Below, piece after piece: positions 1 through 13,391 of a DNA stretch of 64,000 bases. The notes below the pieces were generated by a model that saw only the letters and a program-made list of their open reading frames with translations, did no database searches and was not told where the DNA came from. The stretch spans positions 14,012,001 through 14,076,000 of the forward strand of contig CM120649.1 of NCBI GenBank assembly GCA_051362555.1, in the 5' to 3' direction. The DNA comes from Lingula anatina (taxonomy: Eukaryota > Animalia > Brachiopoda). The number at the start of each line of letters is the position of its first letter. The first letter of the stretch is position 1. Position numbers and translations under genes: made by a program.

Positions 1-48
1 TTTACAACAGAAATTCTGAGTTGCTGATTAAAAATCACTATATTCCAG

Positions 49-3000
49 GAAACATCTATTTGCTATGCAAAGGAGCAGAGTCAGCCATACTGTGCAATGC
101 TACATCTGGAAATGTGACCAAGGCTCTTCAACATGTGAATGATTATGCAATGGTGAGCTCTTTATGGTTTCTTTTTTTCTTTTTTCTTTAAAAAGAAACA
201 TTTTAATTGGTTCAACTAGTTACACAAATCACATGACTGAGATTGTATAGAAAGTGTTTTTATTGTTTTTTGATGTTCCGTGACTAAAAAATTGTTTTCA
301 CAATTCTCAGCTGGGTCTGCGTACTCTTGTGATATCGCAAAGAAAATTAAGTGAGGAAGAATATGAGAAGTTTGATCACGAACTCACTAGTGCCAGAAAA
401 GCTCTTGAAAACAGAGAAGAAAAGGTAGGAATGATATAGAGGTCCAGTGCATATTATCATCAGTTTTGGAAATTAGGAGAAAAGGGTGCAGGAAACTGTC
501 TTCAGTCAGTGACCCTTAATGTGACCGTTCTTTAATATAATATTTGGGGAAAAAAAAGATTATGGATGATGTGCCATATGCAAAAAAACATCATGTTGAA
601 GTTTTCAATTCCTTTATAGGGGAGCATGTTTTCTCTATTTTAAATTTTTTTTTTTTTGTTTTTTTTTTTTTGAAATTTTTTTATATATTTCTGTTTTAGT
701 TAGCAGAGGTGTTCAACACATTAGAGAGCAACCTCAAGATTTTAGGAGCAACTGCAGTTGAAGATCGGCTCCAAGATGGAGTTCCAGAAACTATAGAAGC
801 ACTAAGGATGGCTGGCATCAATGTAAGGATTTCTTAAAATGGTATCAAAACATCTAATATAATTACATAAGAACAAGCAACATTTTCCAAGACCAGAGAG
901 GCAGGAAAATATATAATCAGCACATATATACTTTTTTATTAGTTCGAAGATATGCATTTTGTTAGATCCACTTTGATAATTGTGTTGCTTTACATTTAAA
1001 CAAAAGATGTCACTGTATTCAAGACAGTCCTGTGTTTACTTTTCAGGTCTGGGTGTTGACGGGGGACAAAGAAGAGACAGCAGTGAATATTAGTTACTCT
1101 GCAGGTCACTTTAAACCTGGTGCTCAGTTGTTGAGGTTAACCCAGCTCAGAGAGTGGGAGGAATGCTCACATCTTATTCAGCAGCACAGGCAGGCGTAAG
1201 TTTACCTCTAAGTTGACTCTTTTGTAGTTAATGGCGTAAATCGAAAGGCTGTAAGATTGATGGATACTCGTATCTTATTCAGCAGCACAAACAGGGAAAA
1301 ATGAAACTAAATTCAGTTCACCTCTTTTTTAAGTGGAATTAATTTAAAGTGATGTTGATTACATTTTCTTCCAGTATTGAAAGCAGTTCAAAGGATGAGG
1401 AGACATTTGCCCTTGTGATAGATGGCGCTAGTCTCTCTCTGGTGATTCGGACAGAGACCAATCAGGACCAGGAACACAAACAGCGTGGAGATGAGCTACA
1501 TTCCCTATGCCATATGTGTCAAGCTGTCCTGTGTTGTAGGATGTCTCCTATACAGAAAGCACAGGTGATTTTATGTTAAATGTCTTACTCTGTGATGGGC
1601 ACCTACTGTTAAGTAAATTGGAATATAAATATATAGAGGATGACAAAATTTGTATATTTTTTTTTCGTCCATGCATTATGATTATCTTCTCTATTTGATT
1701 ATTACTTCTACCTCTGTTTTTAAGTAAGTATGGGTAATTGAGACGGGGCCAGTCATACAATTGTGTCAGATGTCCCTCCTAACATATTCTAATAAAATGT
1801 ACATTAAAATGTTGTACAAGATATTACACCTAACACATTTGTATTCCATATTACAGATTGTCCAGTTAATAAAACATGGCAAGGACAACCCAGTGACAGC
1901 AGCTATAGGAGATGGTGCGAATGATGTCAGTATGATACAGGAGGCCCATGTTGGTCTAGGTAGGTGGAGCTAATCAATTGTCAGTCTTTTCACTTAAATT
2001 TAGTATTTGATACTGTTGGTTGGTTGTTCTTATGTGAATTTTTTTTTTTTTTTTTTTGGCTGTGATATAAATTTCTTTTAAGCTTAAATTAGTCATCATA
2101 TGGTAAGTAGTTGGAAATATTAATAACTGATTATTTAGTTGATTGATCTTGTGCTTATTTTGTGTGTTAAGGATTTACTGTTAGTGATAGAACAAAGGAA
2201 TAATTTAGTATTAATTCCATGTATTTGATTCAAGGTGTAATGGGGAAAGAAGGCCGACAAGCTGTTAGGTGTAGTGACTACGCATTTGCCAGATTCAGAT
2301 TTTTAATGCGAGCTCTATTTGTTCATGGGCATCTGTACTATGTCCGCATAGCCACACTAGTGCAATATTTTTTCTACAAGGTGAGATGAAAATGAGTTAA
2401 ACAGAGAAAGAAATAGGCAAGATATTTTAAGTATGTAATATATTTCTATCACAAAGATTAGATATTATGTTCAATAGCTGCTCTACCATAGTGATATTTT
2501 CATAGTCAAAATTCTTTCTCTCCAGGGATTTGCGGTAACCTTACAGTTTTTTTAACTGTTTTGGACTTTTTCTGCTATTTTAAGCAGAAGTTTTTGTCCC
2601 CACTGCAATCAAATTTGTTAAGTATTTAACAGCATGAATTTAATTATTGGCAGGCTCAGCACACAAAATCTAGTCATAATCAAACATTCGCAAGTCTATG
2701 TAAACACAGAAATAATTGTGCTGATCAGCTGGACAGATTTGTTGTAATGATTTATTGTTGATTTTGTTTTGATAGGGGACATGATTTAATATATTTCTCC
2801 ATGTTTTTCTTTCTAGAACGTGGCTTTTATAACGGCTCAGGTGTACTTTGCTTTCTTCTCTGGATTTTCTGCTCAGGTAAGTAAGCTTTTGGTTGTGCCA
2901 ACAACTATGAGTGGTGGACAACTTTAATATTTAACAGTGTGTCTGGTATTACCTTAAATCAGTACTAAGAAGTGATTTATGACATATAATTGTATTTATC

Positions 3001-6000
3001 ATGTCACTTTGTAAAATTGTCCAATTTGTTTGATAGAGGAATGCTGAATACGAGACACCATCCTCCCCCCCCCTGCCCCCCCACCCCACCCCCCTCCTCT
3101 GTCCCTTCCCCTTGAGCCTTGTGTCAATAACTGAGGGTATATGATACAACATTGTTTAGGCACCTGCTGTAACCCACCAGTAAGGAAATGCATATTAACT
3201 ATACAGTATTTTCTTCTTTTTCAGTCTATATATGACAGTTTCTTCCTGACTTTTTTCAACATCACGTTCACGTCACTTCCTATCCTAATATATGGTCTAT
3301 TTGAGCAACACATACCACCAGATAAACTGATGGAGATGCCCAAGTTATATAAGTAAGTTTCTGTTTCTTGATCATTATAATCATGATATTTACTCAATAC
3401 ATTGAAACTAAATGAAATGCCACATCACTTCTGCAAAACAATTATTTTTCATTGGTAACATTTCATTTTGATTCAAAAGTTTTGACAAGTGTTTTTGGAT
3501 TCTTACAGGAAAGTACATTTTTATACATAACCAAAAAATAATGATTTTTAAAAAGTAGGATATTAGAATGAGTGAGATGTTTAAATTTAGGCTCCAGAAT
3601 TTTAAAACAAAAAGTTAATGTAGGTATTAACTTAAAACCCCACGACATATGTACCTCACTAATGAATTGGTATCTATGACTTTTGTGTTATCTAAATACC
3701 AGAACAACCAAGAATTATAACAAGATTTCATTGTCCTTCAGAAAAATAAGGAAAAATGCCATGCTTTCACCTGGGCAGTTTATTAAGTGGAATCTTCTGG
3801 GTAAGGAATTTGTTATTTCAAACTTTCAAACTTGTTTTAGATTGCTTATTCAATATTGTACTCAACTTATTGATGTAGACAAATTATGTTACATTTTCCA
3901 TGTCATTTCCTCCCTATTTTAAATGTATTGGACAAGGCAATTTTTCAAGTAAGTCTTACTGGTGTTAAGTGAATGTTGAACAACTGTTTTGAAAGGCATT
4001 GAAAAAGTGAAGCATGTTCTGTGTTTAATGTTTATCCAATTTTCGAGTAAATTCTTAATTTGATTTCACCCTTGCCCATGGTTCAAATTTTATTTCAGGT
4101 CATTACAATATGCTTGCAAATATTTTCTTTTCAAAAATTCAACAGACATAAAGTGATTTAGCAATGTTTATTGTATGTGAGAATGTTCTTGTATTTCAGT
4201 TTTATTCTTTTTATTGATCGCATGTTTTGTTTTTATAAATGATTACATTTTTTATTTTTCCTTAGGTATATGGCATTCTGTGGTACTTTTCTTTGGATGT
4301 ATTTTTATATTTAAAGACGGTTTGCCATTGTCGGGAGACGGAGTGGTATGTATGTTTGTAAAGCAATGTGGATGTCATTGGAAATAAGATAAAAAGGGAA
4401 CTTAGTTCTCAACATGTGGACATTAGACTAGCTTCATACATCTTACATGTAAAGTAATTGCAGCTTTGAAAAAACGTTGTGCACGAAATTTCATTTGGCT
4501 AGTTTCAAAATTAATGTACTAGTATTTTAAGGCCAGGGTATTAGATTGTATGCTTCCTAGATATGCTTTTATGTTTTATTTATTATATGTATTATTAATA
4601 ATTATTAATTAAAATTATGACATTTAGTCTTGCTGGAAAACAATGAAACTATATATAGTTGACTTTGATGCATTTTGTAAATTATCGAAATGAGTTTGTC
4701 ACATATTGCTCGCAGAATATATTATTTGTACACTTGAATACACTAGATTTTGAATCCGCAGCTCATTTTTATTTGTATGGCAAGCACATTGTAAGTTTAT
4801 CTTAGAATTGGATTTTTGGGGCAGATAATATATCAGTTTTGACCTCACAAACTATGCCATTTTAGATGTGATATCACAGCAATACTGTGTAAGTTGTAAC
4901 ATCACAAAACCATATTGTGTTAGTTGTGACATCACAAAACCTTGTTGTGGTAGTTGTGACATCACAAAACCATAATTGTGTTAGTTGTGACATCACTAAA
5001 CCATGTTGTGTTAGTTGTGACCACACAAAGCCATGTTGCGTCATTTGTGACATCACACCGCATTGTGTTGGTTGTTGGGTTATATCTATTGTTGTGACCC
5101 GCCATCCAGTGAATGTGAATATGTTAATATTTCAGACCTATGGCATATTCAGCATGGGGACTTTGCTCATCAGTATGACAGTGCTCACGGCCAACTTAAA
5201 GGTAAGATTTTTATTGAAAAGAAAGGAAATCTGACATGTCATGTTTTCAGCTCCATATGGAAACTTATTCCTGTGGAGGAGCATTTTTCCACTCTTTCTA
5301 GAGATATAGAACAGGAGTACTGTAATATAAAACAGGAGTACTGTGATTTTTTAGCTCTATCCAAAGACATATTACTTACCAGCATTGTTTAGTTATAGTA
5401 TTTACCACTCTACTCAGTAAAGAGATATAAGACAGGAGTGTGAATATGATATATTTTCAGCTGTATCTGGAGACGTATTACTGGACGGGAGTGACCCACT
5501 TTGCCTTCTGGTTCACTATGTTGGGATATGTGTCCTTTATTCTCATGTATTCTGGACTCATCATGTAAGTCATGGATATTGGAGCATTATAACTAAATTT
5601 GAATCATCTTTGCTTTAAGAAAATCTTTACAGTTTTTGTTTTTAATATATTCTGCATATTAAGATTTGTGTCATACAGTTAGAGTCAAAGGTTGTCTGTC
5701 CATTGATGAAATGGCCATGTTTTAAAAGTCTTTCCTTTTTATGTACAGACACAGATGTGTCTGTACATATAGCCATCATCTGCGTCTGTCGTCGCCGTCG
5801 CCGTCGTCGCCGTGCACTTTTACCGATAACACGATAAGTGGAAAACTGTTTTTTCTTTTGGCTTGAAACTTACAGAACTGATGAATATTTGTAATACGCA
5901 GGTCAAGTTAGAAAATCAGCATGATCGGGTCACTTATAGGGAATTTATGCTGTTTTTTCACTTTTTTCAGCATATATGCAGCACCGATAACACGATAAGT

Positions 6001-8939
6001 GGAAAACCATTTTACCTTTTGGCTTGAAACTTACAGAACTGATAAATATTCATAATACGCAGGTCAAGTTCGAAAATCAGCATAATCGGGTCACTTATAG
6101 GGAATTCATGCTGTTTTTTCACTTTTTTCAGCATATATGCAGCACCGATAACACGATAAGTGGAAAACCATTTTACCTTTTGGCTTGAAACTTACGGAAC
6201 TGATAAATATTCATAATACGCAGGTCAAGTTCGAAAATCAGCATGATCAGGTCACTTATAGGGAATTTATGCTGTTTTTTCACTTTTTTCAGCATGTATG
6301 CAGCACCGATAACACGATAAGTGGAAAACCATTTTACCTTTTGGCTTGAAACTTACAGAACTGATGAATATTCATAATACACAGGTCAAGTTTGAAAATC
6401 AGCGTGATTGGGTCATTTTTAGTGAATTTAGGCTATTTTTTCTCTTTTTTCAGCATTATTATTAGAAGTTATTGTAGAAGTTATGCTGTTTTTTCACTTT
6501 TCAGCATATATGCAACCCTGTAAACACATTTTAAGGAAAACCGTTAGGCCTGTTGTCATGAAAATCACAGGAGTAATCAATCTTACTAAAACGCAGGTCA
6601 AGTTCGAAAATCGGCATGATCGGGCCACTATTTTAGTAGTTATGCTGTTTTTTCATTTTTCAGCATATATGCAACACTGTAAACACAATATAAGAAAAAC
6701 AGATAGGCTAATTGTCATTTAACTCACAGGAGTGGTCAATCTTACTAAAACGCAGGTTGAGTTCGAAAATCAGCATAATCGGGCCATTATTTTAGAAGTT
6801 ATGCTGTTTTTTCAAATTTCCTCAGATTCAACTTTTAGGCATGTTAACAGTCTCATTATTGAACTAATAAGATACGTAAAAGTGTTTGTTTGACATTTCC
6901 TGCATCTTTACAACATTGTTAGTTGATTATGTAAAAATGATGGTAAACTTGTTATCGTGTATTGTGTAATAAAGTTTCAAAAATGGAAATAAACTCATCA
7001 TTGCAGTTTGTCAGATTTAATCTTCACTATGTTCAGAATCTCGGAATGGAGGAAATTGGATATTTAACACTGTTGTATTGATATTTTTCCCATCTCATCA
7101 ATTTTCTTAGTTGATCGTATAAAAATGGCAGTAACCTGTTAATTTTGTTTTATGTTAAAAAAAGTGCTAAAAATGGAAAAAAAAAAAACATTTCAGAACA
7201 GTGCTGTCTTGTTTACATTCTGGCATTTTCATTTTGTGACTTGGAAGTTCCATGGGCCTGAAGACCTTTGCTAGTCACATTTTCTGAATATCCATCATAC
7301 TAATATTTTATTATTAAAAATTGATGGTCATTATGCTGTTAAACATTATGTAATATTGCATCAAAATTTGAAAAAAACCTATTTTGGGCACTGCTCCCAT
7401 GATGACCATTTAAGAAAAACCATGTCACTTACTGTTCTCAAACAGTACAGTAAATATGTACAGATGTGTCTGTACATATTGCCATCACCTGCGTCTGTTG
7501 TCTCCGTCGTCGCCGGTGCCGACACCGTGCATTTTCATTGTAAACATGATAAGTGGAAGGCAGTTTTACTTTTTGGCTGTATATTTACAGAGCTGATGAA
7601 TACTCATAAAACGCAGGTCAAGTTAAAAAATCAGCATGATCGGGCCATTATTGTGGAAGTTATGCTGTTTTTTCACTTTTCAGCATATATGCAACACTGT
7701 AAACACATTTTAAGGAAAACCGATAGGCCTGTTGTCATGAAAATCACAGGAGTAATTGATCTTACTATAACACAGGTCAAGTTCGAAAATCGGCATGTTC
7801 CACGGGCTTGAAGACCCATGCTAGTCACATTTTCTGAAAATCCATGATACGTGTATTTTATTATTAAAAATTAAGGGTCATTTTGCTGTTAACCATTATG
7901 TAATATTGCATCAGAATCTGTAGAAGAAAACACAATTTTGGGTGCTGCTGCCAAGATGACCATTATGGGAAAACCATGTTACTTATGATTGTCAAACTTT
8001 CAAAAAAGAAATACAGGACTAAAATGCAGAGTAATTGATCTTACTAAAACGCAGATCAAGTTCAAAAATCGGCATGATCGGGCCATTATTTTAGTAGTTA
8101 TGCTTTTTTTTTTCACTTTTCAGCATATATGCAACATTGTAAACACAATATAAGAAAAACAGATAGGCCAATTGTCATTAAACTCACAGGAGTGGTCATT
8201 CCTGCTAAATCGCAGGTTGAGTTCAAAAATCAGCATAATCGGGCCATTATTTTAAAGAAATGCCGTTTTTATGTACAGACACAGATGTATTTTACCTGTT
8301 GAGCATAATTAAAATTTATTATTGAATTTGCAGTTTAACATAATGTACTTTTGCATCAGAATTGACAGTAGCCTTTTTTGTTTTTTCCTGCTTTTTGTCT
8401 GTACATTTGACAGCTTTGCTGCCTTGTTTAAATTTATTAAAAGTCACATATAACAAATTAAAAATGGATCGGAACAAATAATCAAATGGGGCAGTTAGAC
8501 AAGAACTTAATAAAGGGTGCCGTGATATTTTTATATTTCTGGAAAAGCAAGTTTTAAAAATAACAGTGGTAGTTTAAAGGAAAAGAGTGTGGTAGGTGTG
8601 ACAGTGAATTGTGCTGTGAGAAATGATTAGAAACTAACCACCAGATGTCTCCCCATTCCAGGCCATCATTGTTTGTTGATCTACAGAACATGTACTGGGT
8701 GTTTTACGCTCTCTATTCCAACGCCTCAGCTTGGCTTGCTATGCTGGTGCTCATGTTCATAGCCCTACTACCAGATATAGTACTGAGAACTTGCAGAGAC
8801 ACATTTAGCAGCTCCAGACAGAAGCCAGAGAACAACAGGGTAATTGTGCTGTTGTAAAGAAAATTTAAATTGAATTTTTTTTTCTTTCTTTTATTTAACT
8901 GCCTACTTTACTAGTGTGTGTGGGTGTGTGTGTGTGTGT

Positions 8940-8978
<39 letters not shown>

Positions 8979-9678
8979 GAGGGGGATAATTAAGTTCCAT
9001 AAATCAATTACAAGACACATAAAAAATAGAGAGAAAAAAAAAAACAAATATCTAGAACTTGAGCTCTGCACTTACAGTGTTTTCTCCCACTTTTTCAAAA
9101 CTATTGATTTGTGACATAATGCCAAGTAAGTACATGGCAAAAATGAGATTTAATTTCATGTTGATTATTTTCAAAATAAATGTGGTGAATTGGGCGGGGA
9201 GTGCCTGTAATAAAAGTGAAGAAAGTAGTTATGGAGTGTATGTGTGTCAAGAAGAGTTGGGAAAAATTACATATATTTTACAAGCTGCGTTACATTTTCT
9301 CATTATTTCACATGATTCTTTTACTTTATTCTCTACTCTCCAGGAGTCTCAGTTTTGCAGTTTTGTGATTTCTGCTTTTGGTGTAAATGAATTTATTGTT
9401 TTATTTTGTGCTCTCCTTGATTCTGTCAAATTTTTTCTTTTAATCTCAGAAGAAATAGTTAAGGAATGACAGATGTGCTTAAATTTCCTTTAATAATTTC
9501 TAGGCGTATGTGCAATTTGTAGATGAATCTGATTCTCACTTTTGGCTTTATTAAGCAGGTATAAAATATGTGTGGGTATTTATTTTTCACCTGTTTCCCC
9601 CTGTAATGTATCGGACTGTTTGATTCTTTGTTCGTCATATTTGTCACTAGCGATTCCCTAGTTTAGAACTATAAGTGA

Positions 9679-9714
<36 letters not shown>

Positions 9715-9759
9715 GTACAGACACAGATGTGTCTGTACATATAGCCATCATCTGCGTCT

Positions 9760-9791
<32 letters not shown>

Positions 9792-11679
9792 GCACTTTTA
9801 CCGATAACACGATAAGTGGAAAACTGTTTTTTCATTTGGCTTGAAACTTACAGAACTAATGAACATTCATAATACGCAGGTCAAGTTCAAAAATCAGCAT
9901 GATCGGGTCACTTTTAGGGAATTTATGCTGTTTTTTCTCTTTTTTCAGCATAAATGCAGCACCGATAACATGATAAGTGGAAAACTGTTTTACTTTTTGG
10001 CTTGAAACTTACAGAACTGATAAATATTCATAATACGCAGGTCAAGTTCGAAAATCGGCATGATTGGCTCATTTTTTAGTGAATTTAGGCTATTTTTTCT
10101 CTTTTTTCAGCATAAATGCAGCACCGATAACATGATAAGTGGAAAACCATTTTACTTTTTGGCTTGAAACTTACAGAACTGATAAATATTCATAATACGC
10201 AGGTCAAGTTCGAAAATCGGCATGATTGGCTCATTTTTTAGTGAATTTAGGCTATTTTTTCTCTTTTTTCAGCATATATACAGCACCGATAACACGATAA
10301 CTGGAAAACCGTTTTGGCTTTTGGCTTGAAACTTACAGAACTGATAAATATTTATAATACGCAGGTCAAGTTCGAAAATCAGCATGATCGGGTGACTTGT
10401 AGGGAAGTTATGCTGTTTTTTTTTTTACTTTTTTCAGCATATATGCAGCACCGATAACACGATAAGTGGAAAACCGCTTTATTTTTTGGCTTCAAACTTA
10501 CAAAACTGATGAAGATTCATAATCCGCAGATCAAGTTCGAAAATCAGCATGATCAAGCCATTTTTAGGGAAGTTATGCTATTTTTTCACTTTTTTCAACA
10601 TATATGCAACACATTTTCAAGGTGTGACTTTGAAGTTCCATGATTCTGAAGACCTTTGCTTGTCATGTTTTCTGAAAATCCATGTTACTAATATTCTATT
10701 AAATAAAAATTAAGCATTATGTAATGTTGCTTCAAAATAGAAGAAAACACAATTTTTGGTGCTGCTGCCATGATGACCATTATGGGAAAACCGTGTTACT
10801 TATGACTGTCAAACCTTAAAAAAGAAACACTGTACTAAAATGCAGCCTGAGTTGGAAAAGCAGTCTAATTGGCTTCTTTTTCGGGAAGTTATACATTTGA
10901 GTGAAATATTCATTAACTTTTTGGCATATTCATTGTGGGACTCGGAGCTCCCATGGACATGAAGCCGAATGGTAATCAAATTTTCTACATGTCCATGCTA
11001 TTTGTAATCAATAATCAAAAATTGGTGATAATTATTCTATAATTTATTATGCAATGTTACATCAAAATTTACAATAATCTTTTTGCACTGCTACTGCAAA
11101 CATTATGAAAAGAAAACTGTGTTACTTATTATTTTTAACTTATGAGAATGATTTTTAGGATTGGCATGCAGTTAAAATTAGAAAGCTAGGTCAATTGGGT
11201 TATCGTTTATTATTGAATTTATGCAATTTTGTGTGAAATTTTCATTTTTTTATTCTGGCACTTTCTAAGTATAAACTTGAACTCTGATGGGCCTGAAGCC
11301 TTATGCTTTTACTTTGGTCGGTGTTACCTGCTGTGCATAATTAAAATATGATGTTGACTTTGCAGTTAAACATAATGTATCATTTCATCAGAATTGGTAG
11401 TCTCCTATTTTGTGCATTATTGTTTTGTGCTTTTCTTAAGATGTGACTTATGGGCCTGAAGGGTCTTTGAGAGGGTTAGTCTGTAAATTTCCCTTGGGTA
11501 TCACTTAGCTAAGCTCTGAGTTATAAAGTAATTTGCCTAATTGATTATTAATAGGCCATTAAATGAGATTACATAAAGCACACTTGTTGATATCTCCCTG
11601 TAAACTCCCAAAGGTTAAGCTCTCTGCTAGATTAATAATAAGGAAGCAGTGATAATTATGGAGGTAAATTATGCAGGTA

Positions 11680-11762
<83 letters not shown>

Positions 11763-13334
11763 CAACAATTGCTGCCTGGGCAGAGGTCTGCACTCTCGGA
11801 GTGCTTTTCTAGTTTTGTTTATTTTCCTTAATAACTTTTTTCTCAAACACTTGCATTTGTGATATTTAACCGCCTGAAGCTTTGCACATTTTCTGTATTT
11901 CCACATAAGCAGTTGTATGTTATTTATGTTTTCAAACATTATGTAATATTATTTTATGCACTGTCATCATTTTTCAAATATTGAGACTTTCATCATGTGA
12001 CTTTGGTCTCTCATGGTCCTGATACTGTAATCTTATTGAAGGGATGGATTGAGACCATCTTCTGGGTCAGCTTCCGGAAGACGTTCGGATTTTTAAGTTT
12101 ATATTGACTGTTATTTATTTTTTTTTCTGTTGGAAGATCATCAAAATAGAGGATGGATCAACAAAGATACTTTGGAATACTGTCAGAAAATATCTCTGGG
12201 TCAGCTCCTGTTATTGACCATGTTACCTGTTGTGCATGATTAAAATTCAGTGTTGACTAACAGTGCTATTATAAGCATTATTTATTATTGCATCAAAATT
12301 GGCAAAATGACCTATTTTGCATCATTATTTTCTGTTTTTTGTCTGTACATTTGACAGCTTTGCTGCCTTGTTATTATTATTATTATTATCTCTTTGTTTT
12401 ATTCCAAACACTTCTTTATGTTGTTTGTGATCTGTGTTTTTTACAGTCTATTTATCAGCTATTAGGTCTGAGATGTTAAGATGCTTTGTATAATACATGT
12501 ACCACACAAATCCATACACTGTAATCATCAACAGCATGTGAAAATGGCACACTTCACTGCAAGGTTTAATATATGTGTAATTCAGTTGAACGTGAGAAAT
12601 GTAGACCATGTATGCATATATATATATATTGATTGATCTTACATAAAATGCAGTCTATCTTCCTATCATGTATGCGTGTTATCTGTGAGAGAGAACGAAT
12701 GGATGTGCATATGTATGTCAGTGTGTGCACAGTGTACAGGCATGTATGTAAGTCTACACAGCAACAGCATATAAACATATTTTATTAAAATTTTCTATAT
12801 TATTTGACCCTCACTTATAGGTCGGTGCCGTGAATGTGAGTTTTTTTACCCGAAGACATTCTCAGCCACAGTATTTACTAACGTTCTGAATTTTGAGCTT
12901 GTCTGTATTTTTCTTCTAGTTTAGGGTTATATTAGTAAATTTGTACATCAATAATAGGCTGATAATGTCTATGAGGTTTTTATTTTAATCTATTGTGATT
13001 TGTGTTTAAAAAGATAACTTTTTTACATTTTTGAAATAAGATTTTCTTGCTTGCTTGGCACTTTGACATTTTTATTATAAAACACAAATCTGTTGCTTTC
13101 AACTTTTTATATTAATATTTTTTTATGATCTGTTGGACATATCTGCACTTTATTAACCTAATGACTGTTTTTTCAAACTGGTATTTTACATATTTTGGAG
13201 GACTGGGACTGACGTTTTTTGTTAATATGCTGACTTCACATTCTTGTGTTTTTGTTTGGTTCTCAGTTTGCAAACTTTTTCTCAGTCAAATTGCAACTTT
13301 TCTGTGAAACTCTCCATACTGCTTGGAGTAGTGC

Positions 13335-13391
<57 letters not shown>

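Larger units (their letters stand above)
9713..12372 (+). mobile_element. Second copy of the same Helentron/HINE-like family, flanked by (TTA)n on both sides
   Basis: Same 5' hairpin and (GTC/GCC)n. Core units start at 9801, 9962, 10124, 10286 and 10451 (161-165 bp). Same 3' end TGTCTGTACATTTGACAGCTTTGCTGCCTTGTT. Confidence 0.8.

Noticed and set aside
5823-6460. 161-bp periodic array as a CRISPR array
   Set aside because: Whole units repeat with no unique spacers, there are no cas genes, and the context is a eukaryotic intron. It is a transposon core repeat.
6483-7811. ORFs sharing [11 protein letters not shown]...QVKFENRH as a repeat protein
   Set aside because: They are chance frames in the AT-rich tandem core of the Helentron-like element, broken by stops between units.
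11649-11939. ORFs with (YI)n, (CV)n, poly-N/Y/L/F/K (also 8914, 9647, 13244, 16240, 57454-57827)
   Set aside because: These are translations of microsatellites and homopolymers.
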